DNA of 39,260 nt from positions 1 to 39,260 of the forward strand of contig CAXHJY010001649.1 of the NCBI GenBank assembly GCA_964016885.1, given 5' to 3'. Below the pieces are notes generated by a model that was not told the DNA's origin, did not search any database, and worked only from the letters and a program-made list of their open reading frames with translations. Position 1 is the stretch's first letter. Every line of letters begins with the position of its first letter. This document shows positions 12,510 to 24,084 of this stretch, piece by piece. The position numbers were made by a program, and so were the translations under genes. This DNA comes from Eledone cirrhosa. Its lineage: Eukaryota.

Positions 12510-15500
12510 AGTGTTGTTGTTGTTGTTGTTGTTGATGGTGGTGGTGGTTGTTGTTGAAGGCGGTGGTAGTGGTTTTGGTGGTGGTAGTAGTGGTTGTTGG
12601 TGGTTGTGGTGGTTGTGGTGGTGGGGGTTGTGGTGGTGGTGGTGGCGTTGGTGGTGATTGCGATGGTAGTGGTTTTGGTGGTGGTGGTAGTGGTTGTTGG
12701 TGGTTGTGGTGGTGGTGGTGGGGGGGGGGGGGTGATTGCGGTGGTAGTGGTTTTGGTGGTAGTGATTGTTGATGGTTGTGGTGGTGGTTGTGATGGTGGT
12801 TGAGGTTGTTGTTGTGGCGATGGTGGTGATGGTGATGGTGATGGTGGTGGTTGTGGCTATGGTGGTGGTGGTGATGGTGGTGGTGGTGTTGGTGGTCGTG
12901 GCGATGGTGGTGGTGGTGGTGGTGATGGTGGTGGTTGTGGTGGTGATGGTAGTGGTAGTGGTGGCGGCGATGGTAGCGATAGTAATGGTTTTGGTGGTGG
13001 TGGTATTATTGTTATTAGTGGTGGTGATGATGGTAGTGGTTTTGGTGGTCATGGTGGTTTTTGGTGGTGGTGGTGGTGGTGATGGGTGCCGGGGTTTTGG
13101 GGTTGTGTTGTTGGATGTGATGGTGGTTGTGATGGTGGCTGTGGTGGTCGTCGCGGCGGCGGTGGTGGTAGTGATAATAGTATTGGTATAATTGTTGTTG
13201 TTGGTGGTGATTGTGGTGGTGTTGGTGGCCGTGGCGGCGGAGGTGGTGGTTGTGGTGGAGGTGGTTGAGGTGGTAGTGGTTCTGGTGGTGGCGGTGGCGG
13301 CTGTAGTAGTGGAGATGACGGTGGTAGTGGTGGTGGTGGTGGAGAAGAGGTGGCGGTGGTGGAGGTGTTGAGTGGCTGGCGTTGTTGGTGGTGGCGGGGT
13401 TATTGATGGTGGTGAGATTATTGTTGTTCTTGGTTGTGATGGCGGTGGCGGTTGTAGTAGTGGTGGTGGTGGTTGTGATGGTAGTTATAGAAGTGGTGGT
13501 GGTAAGAGTATTCTTGTTAGTAAGGATTGATGTGATGGCGCAAGTTGCAGTGTTAGTGCTGATAATTTTATTGGTGATAATGATGGTGTTGATAGTGGTG
13601 TTAGTGTTGGTTTTGGTGTTGTTAGTGGTATTGGTAGTAGTTATGGTTGTGGTAGTGGTTTTACTGTTCGTGGTAGTGTTGGTAATGGTGGTAGTGGTGT
13701 TGGTAATGGTGGTAGTGGTGTTGGTGGTAGTGGTGTTGGTAATGGTCGTAGTGCTGGTGCTGGTGAAGATGAAGATGTTGTTGTTAGTTGTATTGGTAGT
13801 AGTTATGGTTGTGGTAGTGGTTTTACTGTTGGTGGTAGTGGTGTTGGTGGTAGTGGTGTTCATAGTAGTGGTGTTGGTGGTAATGGTGGTGGTGAAGATG
13901 AGGATGTTGTGGTTAGTAGTATTGGTAGTAGTTATGGTTGTGGTAGTAGTTTTCCTGTTGGTGGTAGCGGTGTTGGTGTTAGGGGTGTTGGTGGTAGTGT
14001 TGGTAATGGTGGTAGTGCTGGTGCTGGTGAAGATGAGGATGTTGTTGTTAGTAGTATTGGTAGTAGTTATGGTTGTGGTAGTGGTTTTACTGTTGGTGGT
14101 AGTGGTGTTGGTGGTAGTGGTGTTGGTGGTAGTGGTGTTCATAGTAGTGGTGTTGGTGGTAGTGGTGCTGGTGGTAGTGGTGTTGGTAGTAGTTGTTTTG
14201 GTGCTAGTGGTGTTGGTAGTAGTGGTGTTGATAGTAGTGGTGTTGGTGGTAGTGGTGCTGGTGGTAGTGGTGTTGGTGGTAGTGGTGTTGGTGGTAGTGC
14301 TGGTGCTGGTGGTAGTGGTGTTGGTGGTAGTGGAGTTGGTGGTAGTGGTGTTGGTAGTAGTGGTGTTGGTGGTAGTGGTGTTGGTGGTAGTGGTGCTGGT
14401 GGTAGTGGTGTTGGTGGTAGTGGTGTTGGTGGTAGTGCTGGTGCTGGTGGTTGTGGTGTTGGTGGTAGTGGTGTTGGTGGTAGTTGTGGTGGTGGTAGTG
14501 GTGTTGGTGGTAGTGGTGTTGGTGGTAGTGGTGTTGGTAGTAGTGGTGTTGGTGGTAGTGGTGTTGGTAGTAGTGGTGTTGATAGTAGTGGTGTTGGTGG
14601 TAGTGGTGCTGGTGGTAGTGGTGTTGGTGGTAGTGGTGTTGGTGGTAGTGCTGGTGCTGGTGGTAGTGGTGTTGGTGGTAGTGGTGTTGGTGGTAGTGGT
14701 GTTGGTAGTAGTGGTGTTGGTGGTAGTGCTGGTGCTGGTGGTAGTGGTGTTGGTGGTAGTTGTGCTGGTGGTAGTGGTGTTGGTGGTAGTGCTGGTGCTG
14801 GTGGTAGTGGTGTTGGTGGTAGTGGTGTTGGTGGTAGTGGTGTTGGTAGCAGTGGTGTTGGTGGTAGTGGTGTTGGTAGTAGTGGTGTTGATAGTAGTGG
14901 TGTTGGTGGTAGTGGTGCTGGTGGTAGTGGTGTTGGTGGTAGTGGTGTTGGTGGTAGTGCTGGTGCTGGTGGTAGTGGTGTTGGTGGTAGTGGTGTTGGT
15001 GGTAGTGGTGTTGGTAGTAGTGGTGTTGGTGGTAGTGGTGTTGGTGGTAGTGCTGGTGCTGGTGGTTGTGGTGTTGGTGGTAGTGGTGTTGGTGGTAGTG
15101 GTGCTGGTGGTAGTGGTGTTGGTGGTAGTGGTGTTGGTGGTAGTGCTGGTGCTGGTGGTTGTGGTGTTGGTGGTAGTGGTGTTGGTGGTAGTTGTGGTGG
15201 TGGTAGTGGTGTTGGTGGTAGTGGTGTTGGTGGTAGTGCTGGTGCTGGTGGTAGTGGTGTTGGTGGTAGTGCTGGTGCTGGTGGTAGTGGTGTTGGTGGT
15301 AGTGGTGTTGGTGGTAGTGGTGCTGGTGGTAGTGGTGTTGGTGGTAGTGGTGTTGGTGGTAGTGGTGTCGGTGGTAGTCGTGCTGGTGGTAGTGGTGTTG
15401 GTGGTAGTGGTGTTGGTGGTAGTGGTGGTGTTGGTGGTAGTGGTGTTGGTAGTAGTGGTGTTGGTGGTAGTGGTGTTGGTGGTAGTGCTGGTGCTGGTGG

Positions 15501-16210
15501 TTGTGGTGTTGGTGGTAGTGGTGTTGGTGGTAGTGGTGCTGGTGGTAGTGGTGTTGGTGGTAGAGGTGTTGGTAGTAGTGGTGTTGGTGGTAGTGGTGTT
15601 GGTGGTAGTGGTGTTGGTGGTAGTGGTGTTGGTGGTAGTGGTGTTGGTGGTAGTGGTGGTGTTGGTGGTAGTGGTGTTGGTAGTAGTGGTGTTGGTGGTA
15701 GTGGTGTTGGTGGTAGTGGTGCTGGTGGTAGTGGTGTTGGTGGTAGTGCTGGTGCTGGTGGTAGTGGTGTTGGTGGTAGTGGTGTTGGTGGTAGTGGTGC
15801 TGGTGGTAGCGGTGTTGGTGGTAGTGGTGTTGGTGGTAGTGGTGTTGGTAGTAGTGGTGTTGGTAGTAGTGGTGTTGGTTGTAGTGCTGTTGGTGGTAGT
15901 GCTGGTGCTGGTGGTAGTGGTGTTGGTGGTAGTGGTGTTGGTGGTAGTTGTGTTGGCAGCAGTGTTGGTTATGGTGGTGGTGGTAGGTTGGTGCTGGTAA
16001 TGATGAGTGTGTTGTTGTTGTTGTTGTTCGTAGTGGGTGTCATGGTGATGATAGTGTTGGTGTCTGTGGTGGTTGTGATGGTGGTGGTGGTGAAGGTGGT
16101 GATGGCCGTGTGCGTGATGGCGATGGGAGTAGTGGTATGGATTATGTTGTTGTTGATTTTTTTTTGTTTAGTTACAACGGTAATAGTGTATGAGGCAGTA
16201 GTCGTAGTGG
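12510..16210. repeat. (GGT)n-derived array with a 15-bp minisatellite GGTGGTAGTGGTGTT (about 14090-15960)
   Basis: Directly visible. Higher-order units containing GAAGATGAGGATGTTG recur near 13765, 13895 and 14028. Confidence 0.95.
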
Positions 16211-16220
16211 TGATAGCTAT

Positions 16221-16381
16221 TGGGTTGGCAGTATCGCTAGGGAGTCGGACGCCATGCTTTGTAGCATAGAGTTACGGTCCTTTATCATCTGAGTTCAAAT
16301 CCCACCGAGGTTAACTTTGACTTTTATCCTTAGGGGGGTCGATAAAATAAAGTACCAGTAATACACTGAGATAATTGCTGT
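16221..16381 (+). mobile_element. tRNA-derived SINE (family 1)
   Basis: A box TGGCAGTATCGCTAG, B box GAGTTCAAATCC. Body matches 36219-36407. Confidence 0.85.
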
Positions 16382-16610
16382 CGAACTGTAATAACTGTAG
16401 AAGTTATTGACAAAAATGATTTTTTGAGTCGGTTGTTTTAAAAGTCTGGTTTTCTCTTATAGAATCTGGTTTTCTCTTATAGTTCGTAAGAAGGTCAGGA
16501 GCATAACGCATGTTTGTACCAAATTTGAAGAAAATCGGTTGTAAGTTGTAGAAGTTATGTGGAAACACACACACACACGCGCGCGCATAGTCTATTTTAT
16601 ATATATAAAT
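16382..16610 (+). mobile_element. Helentron-type non-autonomous element 3' fragment
   Basis: TACCAAATTTGAAGAAAATCGG...(CA)n...TTTTATATATATA architecture, like 22274-22583. Confidence 0.5.
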
Positions 16611-16707
16611 TATGTCTATTTTTTAATCTTCTTAATAAACCTTTCCCTCACACACAAAAGAAAAAACCCACACTGTACTGTCATTATTGTCCTCTTAATG
16701 TAAGCCC

Positions 16708-17575
16708 TGCGTAGCTAAATCTGGTAGAGCGTCCGATACCCAGCTTCACAGCATAGATTTACGGTTCTTAACGTTCTAAGTTCAAATTCCGCCGAGGTGA
16801 GCTTTGCCTTTCATTCTTACGGGGTCAATAACATTAACTACCAGTAACATACTGGTGTCGATTTAATCGACTTTCCCCTCCCTCAAAATTGTTGGCCTTG
16901 TGCCTTAATCGAAATCATTATTCTTATTATTCTGAGTTCAAATCCCACCGAGGTTAACTTTGTCTTTCATCCTTACGGGGGTCGATAAAATAAAGTACCA
17001 GTAACGTACTGTGTAATTGCTGGCCTTGTGCCAAAAGTAGAAACAATTATTCTTATTTTTTAGTCTTCTTTATAAACTTCTCCCTCACACAAAATAGCTC
17101 ACACGTAGTGTCCAGCATCGTCATTATTGTCCTGTGTGGCTAAATCCGAAACCCGGTAGAGCGTCGGACACCTTGCTTCCCGGTATAGAGTAACATTCCT
17201 TCACGTTCTGAGTTCAAATCCTGCCAAGGTGAACTTTGCTTTTCATCATTGGGGGTTGATTAAATAAAGTACCAGCAATGCCCCCCCCTCTCCCCCACAC
17301 ACACACACATAAAAAAAAATGTTGGTCTTGTGCAAAAATCAAAACCCACTATCATCAGTAGTATTAGAAATATTAGAAATAGTAGTTTATATGTGATAGC
17401 TTTGGTAGTGGTACTAGTAGCTGTGTTAATAATTGTTTATACATTTGGCACAAGGCCAGCAAATAAACCAGTACATTACTGGTACTTTATTTTATCGACC
17501 CCCGTAAGGATGAAAGGCAAAGTTAACCTCGGCGGGATTTGAACTCAGATCGTAAAGGGACGTAACTATGCTGGA
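16708..17575. mobile_element. Cluster of family 1 SINE copies: 16708-16931(+), 16931-17057(+), 17134-17345(+), 17446-17575(-)
   Basis: Each has GTTCAAAT..GCCGAGGT..ACTTTG..TTTCATCCTTACGGGGTCGAT..AGTACCAG or a close variant. Flank 16617-16695 is duplicated at 17054-17133. Confidence 0.85.
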
Positions 17576-17635
17576 ATTATTGTTGTTTGAGTTCCAGGCC
17601 ATTGAAAGATTCATCAGGGAATATAAGAAGCTTAG

Positions 17636-18450
17636 ATGATGGTATTGCTGGTTGTGGTGGTATTAGTGTTATTAGTGGTATTGGTGTTGGTGGTGGTATT
17701 GTGGGTGGTGGTGGTATTGGTGCTGTTTGGGGTGGTATTAACGTTGTTTGTGTTATTGGTGGTGTTGTTGCTGTTGGCGGTGGTGGTAAAGTGGTGGCAT
17801 TGTTAGTGTGGTATTGGTGGTGTTGGTGGTGATAGTGATGGCGATAGTAGTTGTGGTTTGGTGTTGTTGATGATTTTGGTGATGGCAGTGGTGGTAGTAG
17901 AGGTGGTAGTGGTATTGGTGGTGTTACAATTGTGGAGGTGTTTGTGTTAGTGCTAGTGTTGCTATTAGTAGTGATGGTTGTAGTGGTGATAGTGGTGGTG
18001 GTAGTGGTAGTGGTGGTAATGGTAGTGGTAGTAGTGCTAGTGGTGCTAGTGGTAGTAGTGATGTTAGAAGTAGAGGTGGTAGTAGTAGAGGTGGTAGTAT
18101 TGGTGGTGGTGGTAGTGGTGGTGTTAGCATTGATGTTGGTAGAGGATGTTGTGGGGGGTGTTTGTGGTAGTACTAGTGTTGGTGTTAGTAGTAGTGGTTG
18201 TTGTGGCGGCGGTAGTGGTAGTGGTGGGAATAGTGGTGGTGGTGGTTGTGGTGGTGCTTGTGGTGGTAGTATTTGTGGTGAGGGTGGTGGTTGTGGTGGT
18301 GGTGGTGGTGGTGGTACTGGTGCTTGCGTTGGTGTTAGTACTGATGATAGTAGTAGTGTTATTTCTGGTGGTCGTGCTGGTGGAGGTGGTGGTGGTGGTG
18401 GTGGTGCTAGTGTTGGTGTTATTAGTGGTAGTGGCGTTAGTGATGACGAT
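17636..18450. repeat. (GGT/AGT)n low-complexity tract
   Basis: Directly visible. Confidence 0.9.
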
Positions 18451-18607
18451 AGGGCCGGGTGTATATGTATGTTTTGAGTTAATATTGCTTTGTTTGTTAG
18501 TTGTTATGACAGTGGTATAATGGGCAGGTGTGTGGTGTGTTATGTGTGTGTGTGCGTGTATATATGTGTGTGTGTATGTGTGGGTGTTATATATATGTGA
18601 GCGTAGT

Positions 18608-18735
18608 GAAGGCACGTGGCTGAGTAGTTAGAGAATTCGATTCGCTATCGTGAACTAATTTCGATTCCAGGACCGAACGATGCGTTATATCCTTGAGCAA
18701 GACACTTTATTTCACGTTGCTCCTTCTACCTGGAG
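18608..18735 (+). mobile_element. Decayed tRNA-derived SINE (family 2)
   Basis: GGCACGTGGCTGAGTAGTTAG (A box), TTCGATTCC (B box), CCTTGAGCAAGACACTTTATTTCACGTTGCTCC body. Confidence 0.7.
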
Positions 18736-18752
18736 TTGCGATTAATACATAG

Positions 18753-18895
18753 TACTAGCAGAATGGCCCGGCGTTGCTCGGGATTTGCTCTAGGGTTCTT
18801 ATATATTTGATATATATTTATCCTTATCGAGCCTCGTGAAATAAATACGTTTGTTTATATTTTGGTATTGTGTATGCAAAAATATCTGTGTATGC

Positions 18896-18952
<57 letters not shown>

Positions 18953-18953
18953 T
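18753..18953 (+). mobile_element. Short Helitron/Helentron-type non-autonomous element
   Basis: ACTAGCAGAATGGCCCGGCGTTGCTCGGG 5' hairpin end. Body TCGAGCCTCGTGAAATAA..TGTATGCAAAAATATCTGT is shared with 29393-29457. Ends (TA)nGAT. Confidence 0.7.
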
Positions 18954-19100
18954 TTTGAGTTTATGTTGGTTGTATACCAACACCTCAGTATGCAGGCTGG
19001 AGCACTCGACGAAGTGCGCAGGTTGGTTTGGTTACTCCGGAGTAGTGTAAAATAAAGTTAAATAAAAGTCAAATGATTAAAATTTAGCTTCGTTTATTAT

Positions 19101-19151
19101 TGCTATATATATTTCAGTGACAGCCATCTTTGGCTGTGACCTCTTCAGGCA
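19101..19151 (-). ncRNA. Minimal type I hammerhead ribozyme, canonical core
   Basis: Minus strand TGC-CTGAAGA-GGTCACAGCCA-AAGA-TGGCTGTCACT-GAAATATATATA-GCA: stem I TGC/GCA, long stem II with one mismatch, palindromic AT stem III. Confidence 0.75.
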
Positions 19152-19891
19152 GTTTGAATTAGTATGGTATAGACAAGTACATATGTTATTTAGGTGTATG
19201 ATATTGTCAATACTCTGATATGCCCAGTTCCTTGTTGGGTTGTTAATTCACTGGGGAACTGGAGTCATATGAATTCAAACAAACGAATTTTCGTGTCACA
19301 GGTCCCCTTCTCCTCTCATTGGTCAGTTATTAGAACATTCCTCATTCTAAGTGTTGTTATTGTTGGAGTTAGCTTAAAAATTGATAGAATGGTAGAAGGG
19401 ACAAGGTGTTAAAGGAACAAAATAACAAAAAAAGTGTCAAACTTCCCATTGTTCAGTTCTGAGAGCATTCCTCAGTCAGAAGTCTATAGAATTCTTTCTG
19501 GGGTGAGGCTCCCTGCAGTGTTTTTGCCTGCTATTGTTCAGTACATTTGACCTCCACCATTATTTTGGTACTGTTGTTGTTGTAGTGGTCAGCTTATATC
19601 TTGCTGCTGCTAACAATTTAGAAGTATCCAGTTTGTGTTTTTTCTTCATCCCTCCCGCCACCATCGTAGTGGTGGTGGTGGGAGGGGGGGGGGGTTCTTT
19701 CATGTATATGAAGAAATATAAGGCAATAAATGAAGAAAACAGAAAATAAATAAATAATATAATAAAATAAAATAATTAATATAATTTGTGTAATTTGAAA
19801 ATAAATAAATAAATAGAGAATAAAGAATAAAGAGTAAATGAGAGATTGGTGAAAAAGTAATGATAATGTATATGGAGAAGTGAGAAATAAT

Positions 19892-20076
19892 TGTTTCTAC
19901 TTTAGGCACAAGGCCACCAATTACCCAGTGCATTACTGGTACTTTATTTTATCGACCCCGTAAGGATGAAAGGCAAAGTCAACCTCGGCGGGATTTGAAC
20001 TCAGATCGTAAAGGGACGTAACTATGCTGGAAAGCATGGCGTCCGACCCTCTACCGATACTGCCAATCCACTGCCA
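19892..20076 (-). mobile_element. Full-length family 1 SINE with target-site duplication
   Basis: Reverse complement of 36219-36407. GGAGAAGTGAGAAATAAT is directly repeated at 19874-19891 and 20077-20094. Confidence 0.9.
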
Positions 20077-20561
20077 GGAGAAGTGAGAAATAATGTAGGA
20101 TAAAGTGTGTGTGTGTGTGCTATAACCAATCTCAAGGTCAGAATATGTTGGATAGATTGGTATGATACAAGATGTTAAGATGAGATATTCAATGTGTTTG
20201 TGTTATAATCTATCTCAACTTAAACTAAATATAAGGTGATACAGTGAAGAGGGCAGAAAACAAATAACAAATTAATAAAGAGAAATCAAGATTTAAGATT
20301 GGAACTTGAAAGTCAGAAATCTGGTAAATTAAAAGTGTTTGTGTTATAGATGTTGGCCAAATTATTATGGCTGTGTCCGATTCTATCTCTAGGCTATCAT
20401 GGTGTCTGCTCCGCCTGGGTTGTTCCCTGTGGCTTGAGGGGAGTTCACAACCTAGGGTGTTGTTATTGCCCATATAGCTTGAGGGAGGTCTGGCCGAGAG
20501 GTGTTTTCATGTTCTGTAGAAGTCCCTATAGCTTGAGGGGAGTTCACATCTTCTTGTGTTG

Positions 20562-20861
20562 CTACTGTCCATATATTTTGAGAAAGGTCCCGGCTCTAAG
20601 GTGTCTGCATGTCCCGAAGAAGTCGGTTCTGAGGTTTATCAGGCCGCTTCCACCTCTTAGTATCTCGAGGGTCTCGTTCAGGCATAGTTTGCATATGCAA
20701 GATCCCCCTTTATCGGGTGGTACTTTCCTGATTATGTACCAGGCCAGAGAGTATGGGGTCCTGTCCAGCTTAAGCTTCCAGATCAGGTCGGAGAGAGCTG
20801 TGCTTTTCCTTTTGGCCTCCTTCTTGAATGAATGGCGATGGTTGTACCAGCGGTCCTTAAA
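20562..20861 (-). pseudogene. C-terminal half of a PLE GIY-YIG endonuclease (family C-like); not in the ORF track
   Basis: FKDRWYNHRHSFKKEAKRKSTALSDLIWKLK...SLAWYIIRKVPP...CKLCLNETLEI...INLRTDFFGTCRH, homologous to 30120-30430. Confidence 0.85.
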
Positions 20862-20868
20862 GCTTTAC

Positions 20869-22214
20869 TTTTTAAAGGTTTATATTCCAACAATATTACT
20901 TTTTTTGCTGTACGCATTTTTCTATCTGGTCTACTATTTTTTAAGGCAATGCAAGCAACAACTATCTAATAATTACATGATCATAGTGAATTACTGACAA
21001 GTGATTGATATTTTAAAGTTCTTTTGAGTATAATTGCAATCTAGTTGAGGCAACTGGCTTAATGACAAAGCTACGTTATTAGATAGTTGTTGCTTGCATT
21101 GCCTTAAAAAATAGTAGACCAGATATAGAAAAATGCGTACAGCAAAAAAAGTAATATTGTTGGAATATAAACCTTTAAAAATACAGGACAAGAAACTAAA
21201 ATAAAACTTTAAAAGAATAGGACAAGAAACTAAGATAAAACTTTAAAAGAATAGGACAAGAAACTAAGATAAAACTTTAAAGAATTGGACAAGAAATAAA
21301 AAATTTTACAATAATATTAGTGGCAACATTTTTTTATTCGTTTCTTGTGCTATGCCCCAGTATCTTCTTGATTAGTGCATAATAATTGTCATGCTCTCAT
21401 TGTGCGTTGCACCTGAGCGGTTGGTTCTGTTTGGGGTTGGTTGGCTGAGCCGTTCTGCTCCGTCAGAATGACCATTGCAAGAAGAATTGGCCGATGCAGC
21501 TGCAGGTCTCCTCCAAGAATGCACTTCTGGTCCCGCAACACCAGACGAAGATGGAGAAGACGACCGGGACAAGATGTCGACTCTGACCACCGACTACGGC
21601 ACCTCCCTCAACCACCGGTCCTCCCTCCCTCTGTCCCGTCATCCCTCCAGTCCTCTTGCTCCCCCTTCCTGTACCAGAAAGCTGTGGCACGCATTCATCT
21701 GGACTGCCGGACTTGAACTCAAGGACAAGATGCAAGGAGAAGATGGACGGGTTGGTCAAGATCAAGGATGAGCGGGACGACAAGACCGTCCGCTGCTGCT
21801 CAAGATCTGTGCTCATGGGCCCATGGGTCCATTCACATTATGCATGACACATGAGGCGTGTCGCCGAATGATGAAATAGGGGTATGGTTATGGCCCAATT
21901 GGTGTTCAAACCAGGTTCAAATGATCCCCCCGGTCTGACGACGACCTCTGAATGTGGAACCCAGAGTCTATGAATGTGGAACTCGATTTTTTGCCAATAA
22001 AAATTTTGCCACTAATATTATTGTAAACATTTTTATTTCTTGTCCAATTCTTTAAAGTTTTATCTTAGTTTCTTGTCCTATTCTTTTAAAGTTTTATCTT
22101 AGTTTCTTGTCCTATTCTTTTAAAGTTTTATTTTAGTTTCTTGTCCTGTATTTTTAAAGGTTTATATTCCAACAATATTACTTTTTTTTGCTGTACGCAT
22201 TTTTTTATATCTGG

Positions 22215-22215
<1 letters not shown>
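20869..22215. repeat. Nested inverted-repeat cassette: 20869-20972/21076-21181 and 21118-21338/21996-22215, with 3x34-bp subrepeats in the arms
   Basis: Near-perfect reverse complements read directly. Subrepeat AGGACAAGAAACTAAGATAAAACTTTAAAAGAAT. GC-rich core at 21340-21995. Confidence 0.9.
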
Positions 22216-22255
<40 letters not shown>

Positions 22256-22273
22256 TATATATACATATACACA

Positions 22274-22528
22274 CCGCGTCATAATAACGTAATGCAGACA
22301 AGCAGGCATACAGACAGATATTATAAGGCGCAACGTTATATCTATGTATCTATCTAAAAAGAGAAAGACTAAGAATTATTGACAGAGATCGCTAAATCAC
22401 CTAATGTGGTCCCTAGTGCATTGAAAATTTGAAATATTGTTTGCTCAAAACATTCAATAGGACCATAAGTATTACATGTGTAAAGTTTGAAAACAATCGG
22501 TTGGGTGGTTCTCGAGTTTTAGTGATTG

Positions 22529-22560
<32 letters not shown>

Positions 22561-22583
22561 TTCTCTGTTTTAGTAATATAGAC
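22274..22583 (+). mobile_element. Helentron-type non-autonomous element 3' part (HINE/DINE-1-like)
   Basis: GTGTAAAGTTTGAAAACAATCGG...(CAGA)n...TTTTAGTAATATAGACT. Homologous to 34022-34306. Confidence 0.7.
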
Positions 22584-22689
22584 TAGCAGCTGGAAAGATC
22601 AATGGAAACATTGTTTCCTCGGTCCGATTTGACAAGCTCCAATTCCACTCGTTAAGTAAATGAGGTCTGGGATCTTGTCGATCGATTAT

Positions 22690-22822
22690 TGATATATGTG
22701 AGCGTGTGTATATATATTTTTTGTGTGTGAGTGTGTGTGAGTGTATATGGGTGTGTGTGTGAGCTTAAGTGAGTGGATGCATGTTAGAGTGCTTTGCCAT
22801 TGTGACTGTGTGTGTATGTATG

Positions 22823-22856
<34 letters not shown>

Positions 22857-23112
22857 TGTATGTATGTATGTATGTATGTATGTATTATGTATGCATGCGT
22901 GTATGTATGTGTGTATATGTATGTGCATGTATGTATGTATGTATTATGTATGTATGTTTGTATGTATGTGCATGTATGTGCATACATTTATGTGTATGTA
23001 AATGGATATATATATGTGCGTAAATATGTCTGAGTCTAAGTGTGTATGAGTACATGAGTGTATGTATGTAAGTATGTATGTATTATGTATTTATGTATGC
23101 ATGTAGGTATGT
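22690..23112. repeat. (TG)n/(TGTA)n microsatellite
   Basis: Directly visible. Confidence 0.9.
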
Positions 23113-23996
23113 GTGTTTTCTTCTCTTCTTTATGCCTGCGAGACCTGGGTCACATATCGACACCACCTTAAACAATTGGAACGATTCCATCAGATGTATC
23201 TCAGACGGATCTATGGCGTCCACTGGAGGGACAACATCAGTGATGTCGAGATTTTAGAAAGCTCCCTGTGTGATAGTATGGAAGCTCTTGTGCTTAAGCA
23301 ACGACTCCGTTGGAGTGGTCACTTTGCCAGGATGAAGGATTCTAGAATACCAAAACAAATTTTATGGAGAGTTAATTAAAGGAAAACATATACCAACAAA
23401 GAGGTATAAGGATTCCTTGAAAGCCTCTTTGAAAGATGTTAACATCGCTTCTGAAACATGGCAAAGCGTAGCTACTGATCGTAATAAATGGAGAAAGCCT
23501 GTACATGAGGGAAAAGTTGCCTTTGAAGCATCTCGCATGCGATTCGAGAAAGTAAAAATGGATGTGAGGAAGGGCATTGCTGTTGCATTTCCAGATAGCG
23601 AAGGTCCTCCTATGGTGCTGACATGCAGCGTCTGTGCAAGACGCTGGCTCAGTAAAGCTGGACTCGAAAGTCATCTTCGCAGTCATAAAGCGAGACCAGT
23701 GGTTGACTACCAGGCTGCTGTTGGAAATGTTACTCATCATGCCTGCCAAACATGTGGTAGAGAGAGTAAATCAGCAAGAGGGCTCAAACGACATGCACAA
23801 GTACATGAAGACCAACCACAGCCGGCTATTGCCAGTGAATGTTTTTATCATGGTTGCCAACTCTACGGAAGACATTTTAGAACATGTGCTGGGCTAAAAA
23901 GCCACATTCGATCGCAGCATATATTAATATTTATGTGTTCTTTTTTTTATCGTGCAGTGGCCATACTCGATAACGGGGGGGGGGGGGAGCCATTAT
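23113..23996 (+). mobile_element. 5'-truncated RTE-clade LINE: RT C-terminus plus three C2H2 zinc fingers; frameshift near 23360
   Basis: LLYACETW...LERFHQMYLRRI...RLRWSGHFARMKDSRIPKQI / YGELIKG..KRYKDSLKASLK...DRNKWR. Fingers CSVC..HLRSH, CQTC..HAQVH, CQLY..HIRSQH. Tail (TGTA)n. Confidence 0.9.
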
Positions 23997-24084
23997 GTAC
24001 GTATGTATGATGTATGTATGCATACATGTATGTATATATATGTATGTAAGTATGTATGTATGTATATGTATGTATGTATGTATG

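Noticed and set aside
13382-16269. 872-aa poly-Val and 786-aa Gly/Ser ORFs as genes
   Set aside because: Alternate frames of a GGT-based minisatellite with non-ATG starts and no domain.
20350-20997. 215-aa plus-strand ORF (also 7487-8059 minus, 4356-4823 plus)
   Set aside because: Antisense or alternate-frame shadows of PLE coding sequence.
21441-21716. RCSC as a SWIM finger of a MULE transposase
   Set aside because: Lacks the downstream CxH and any other transposase motif.
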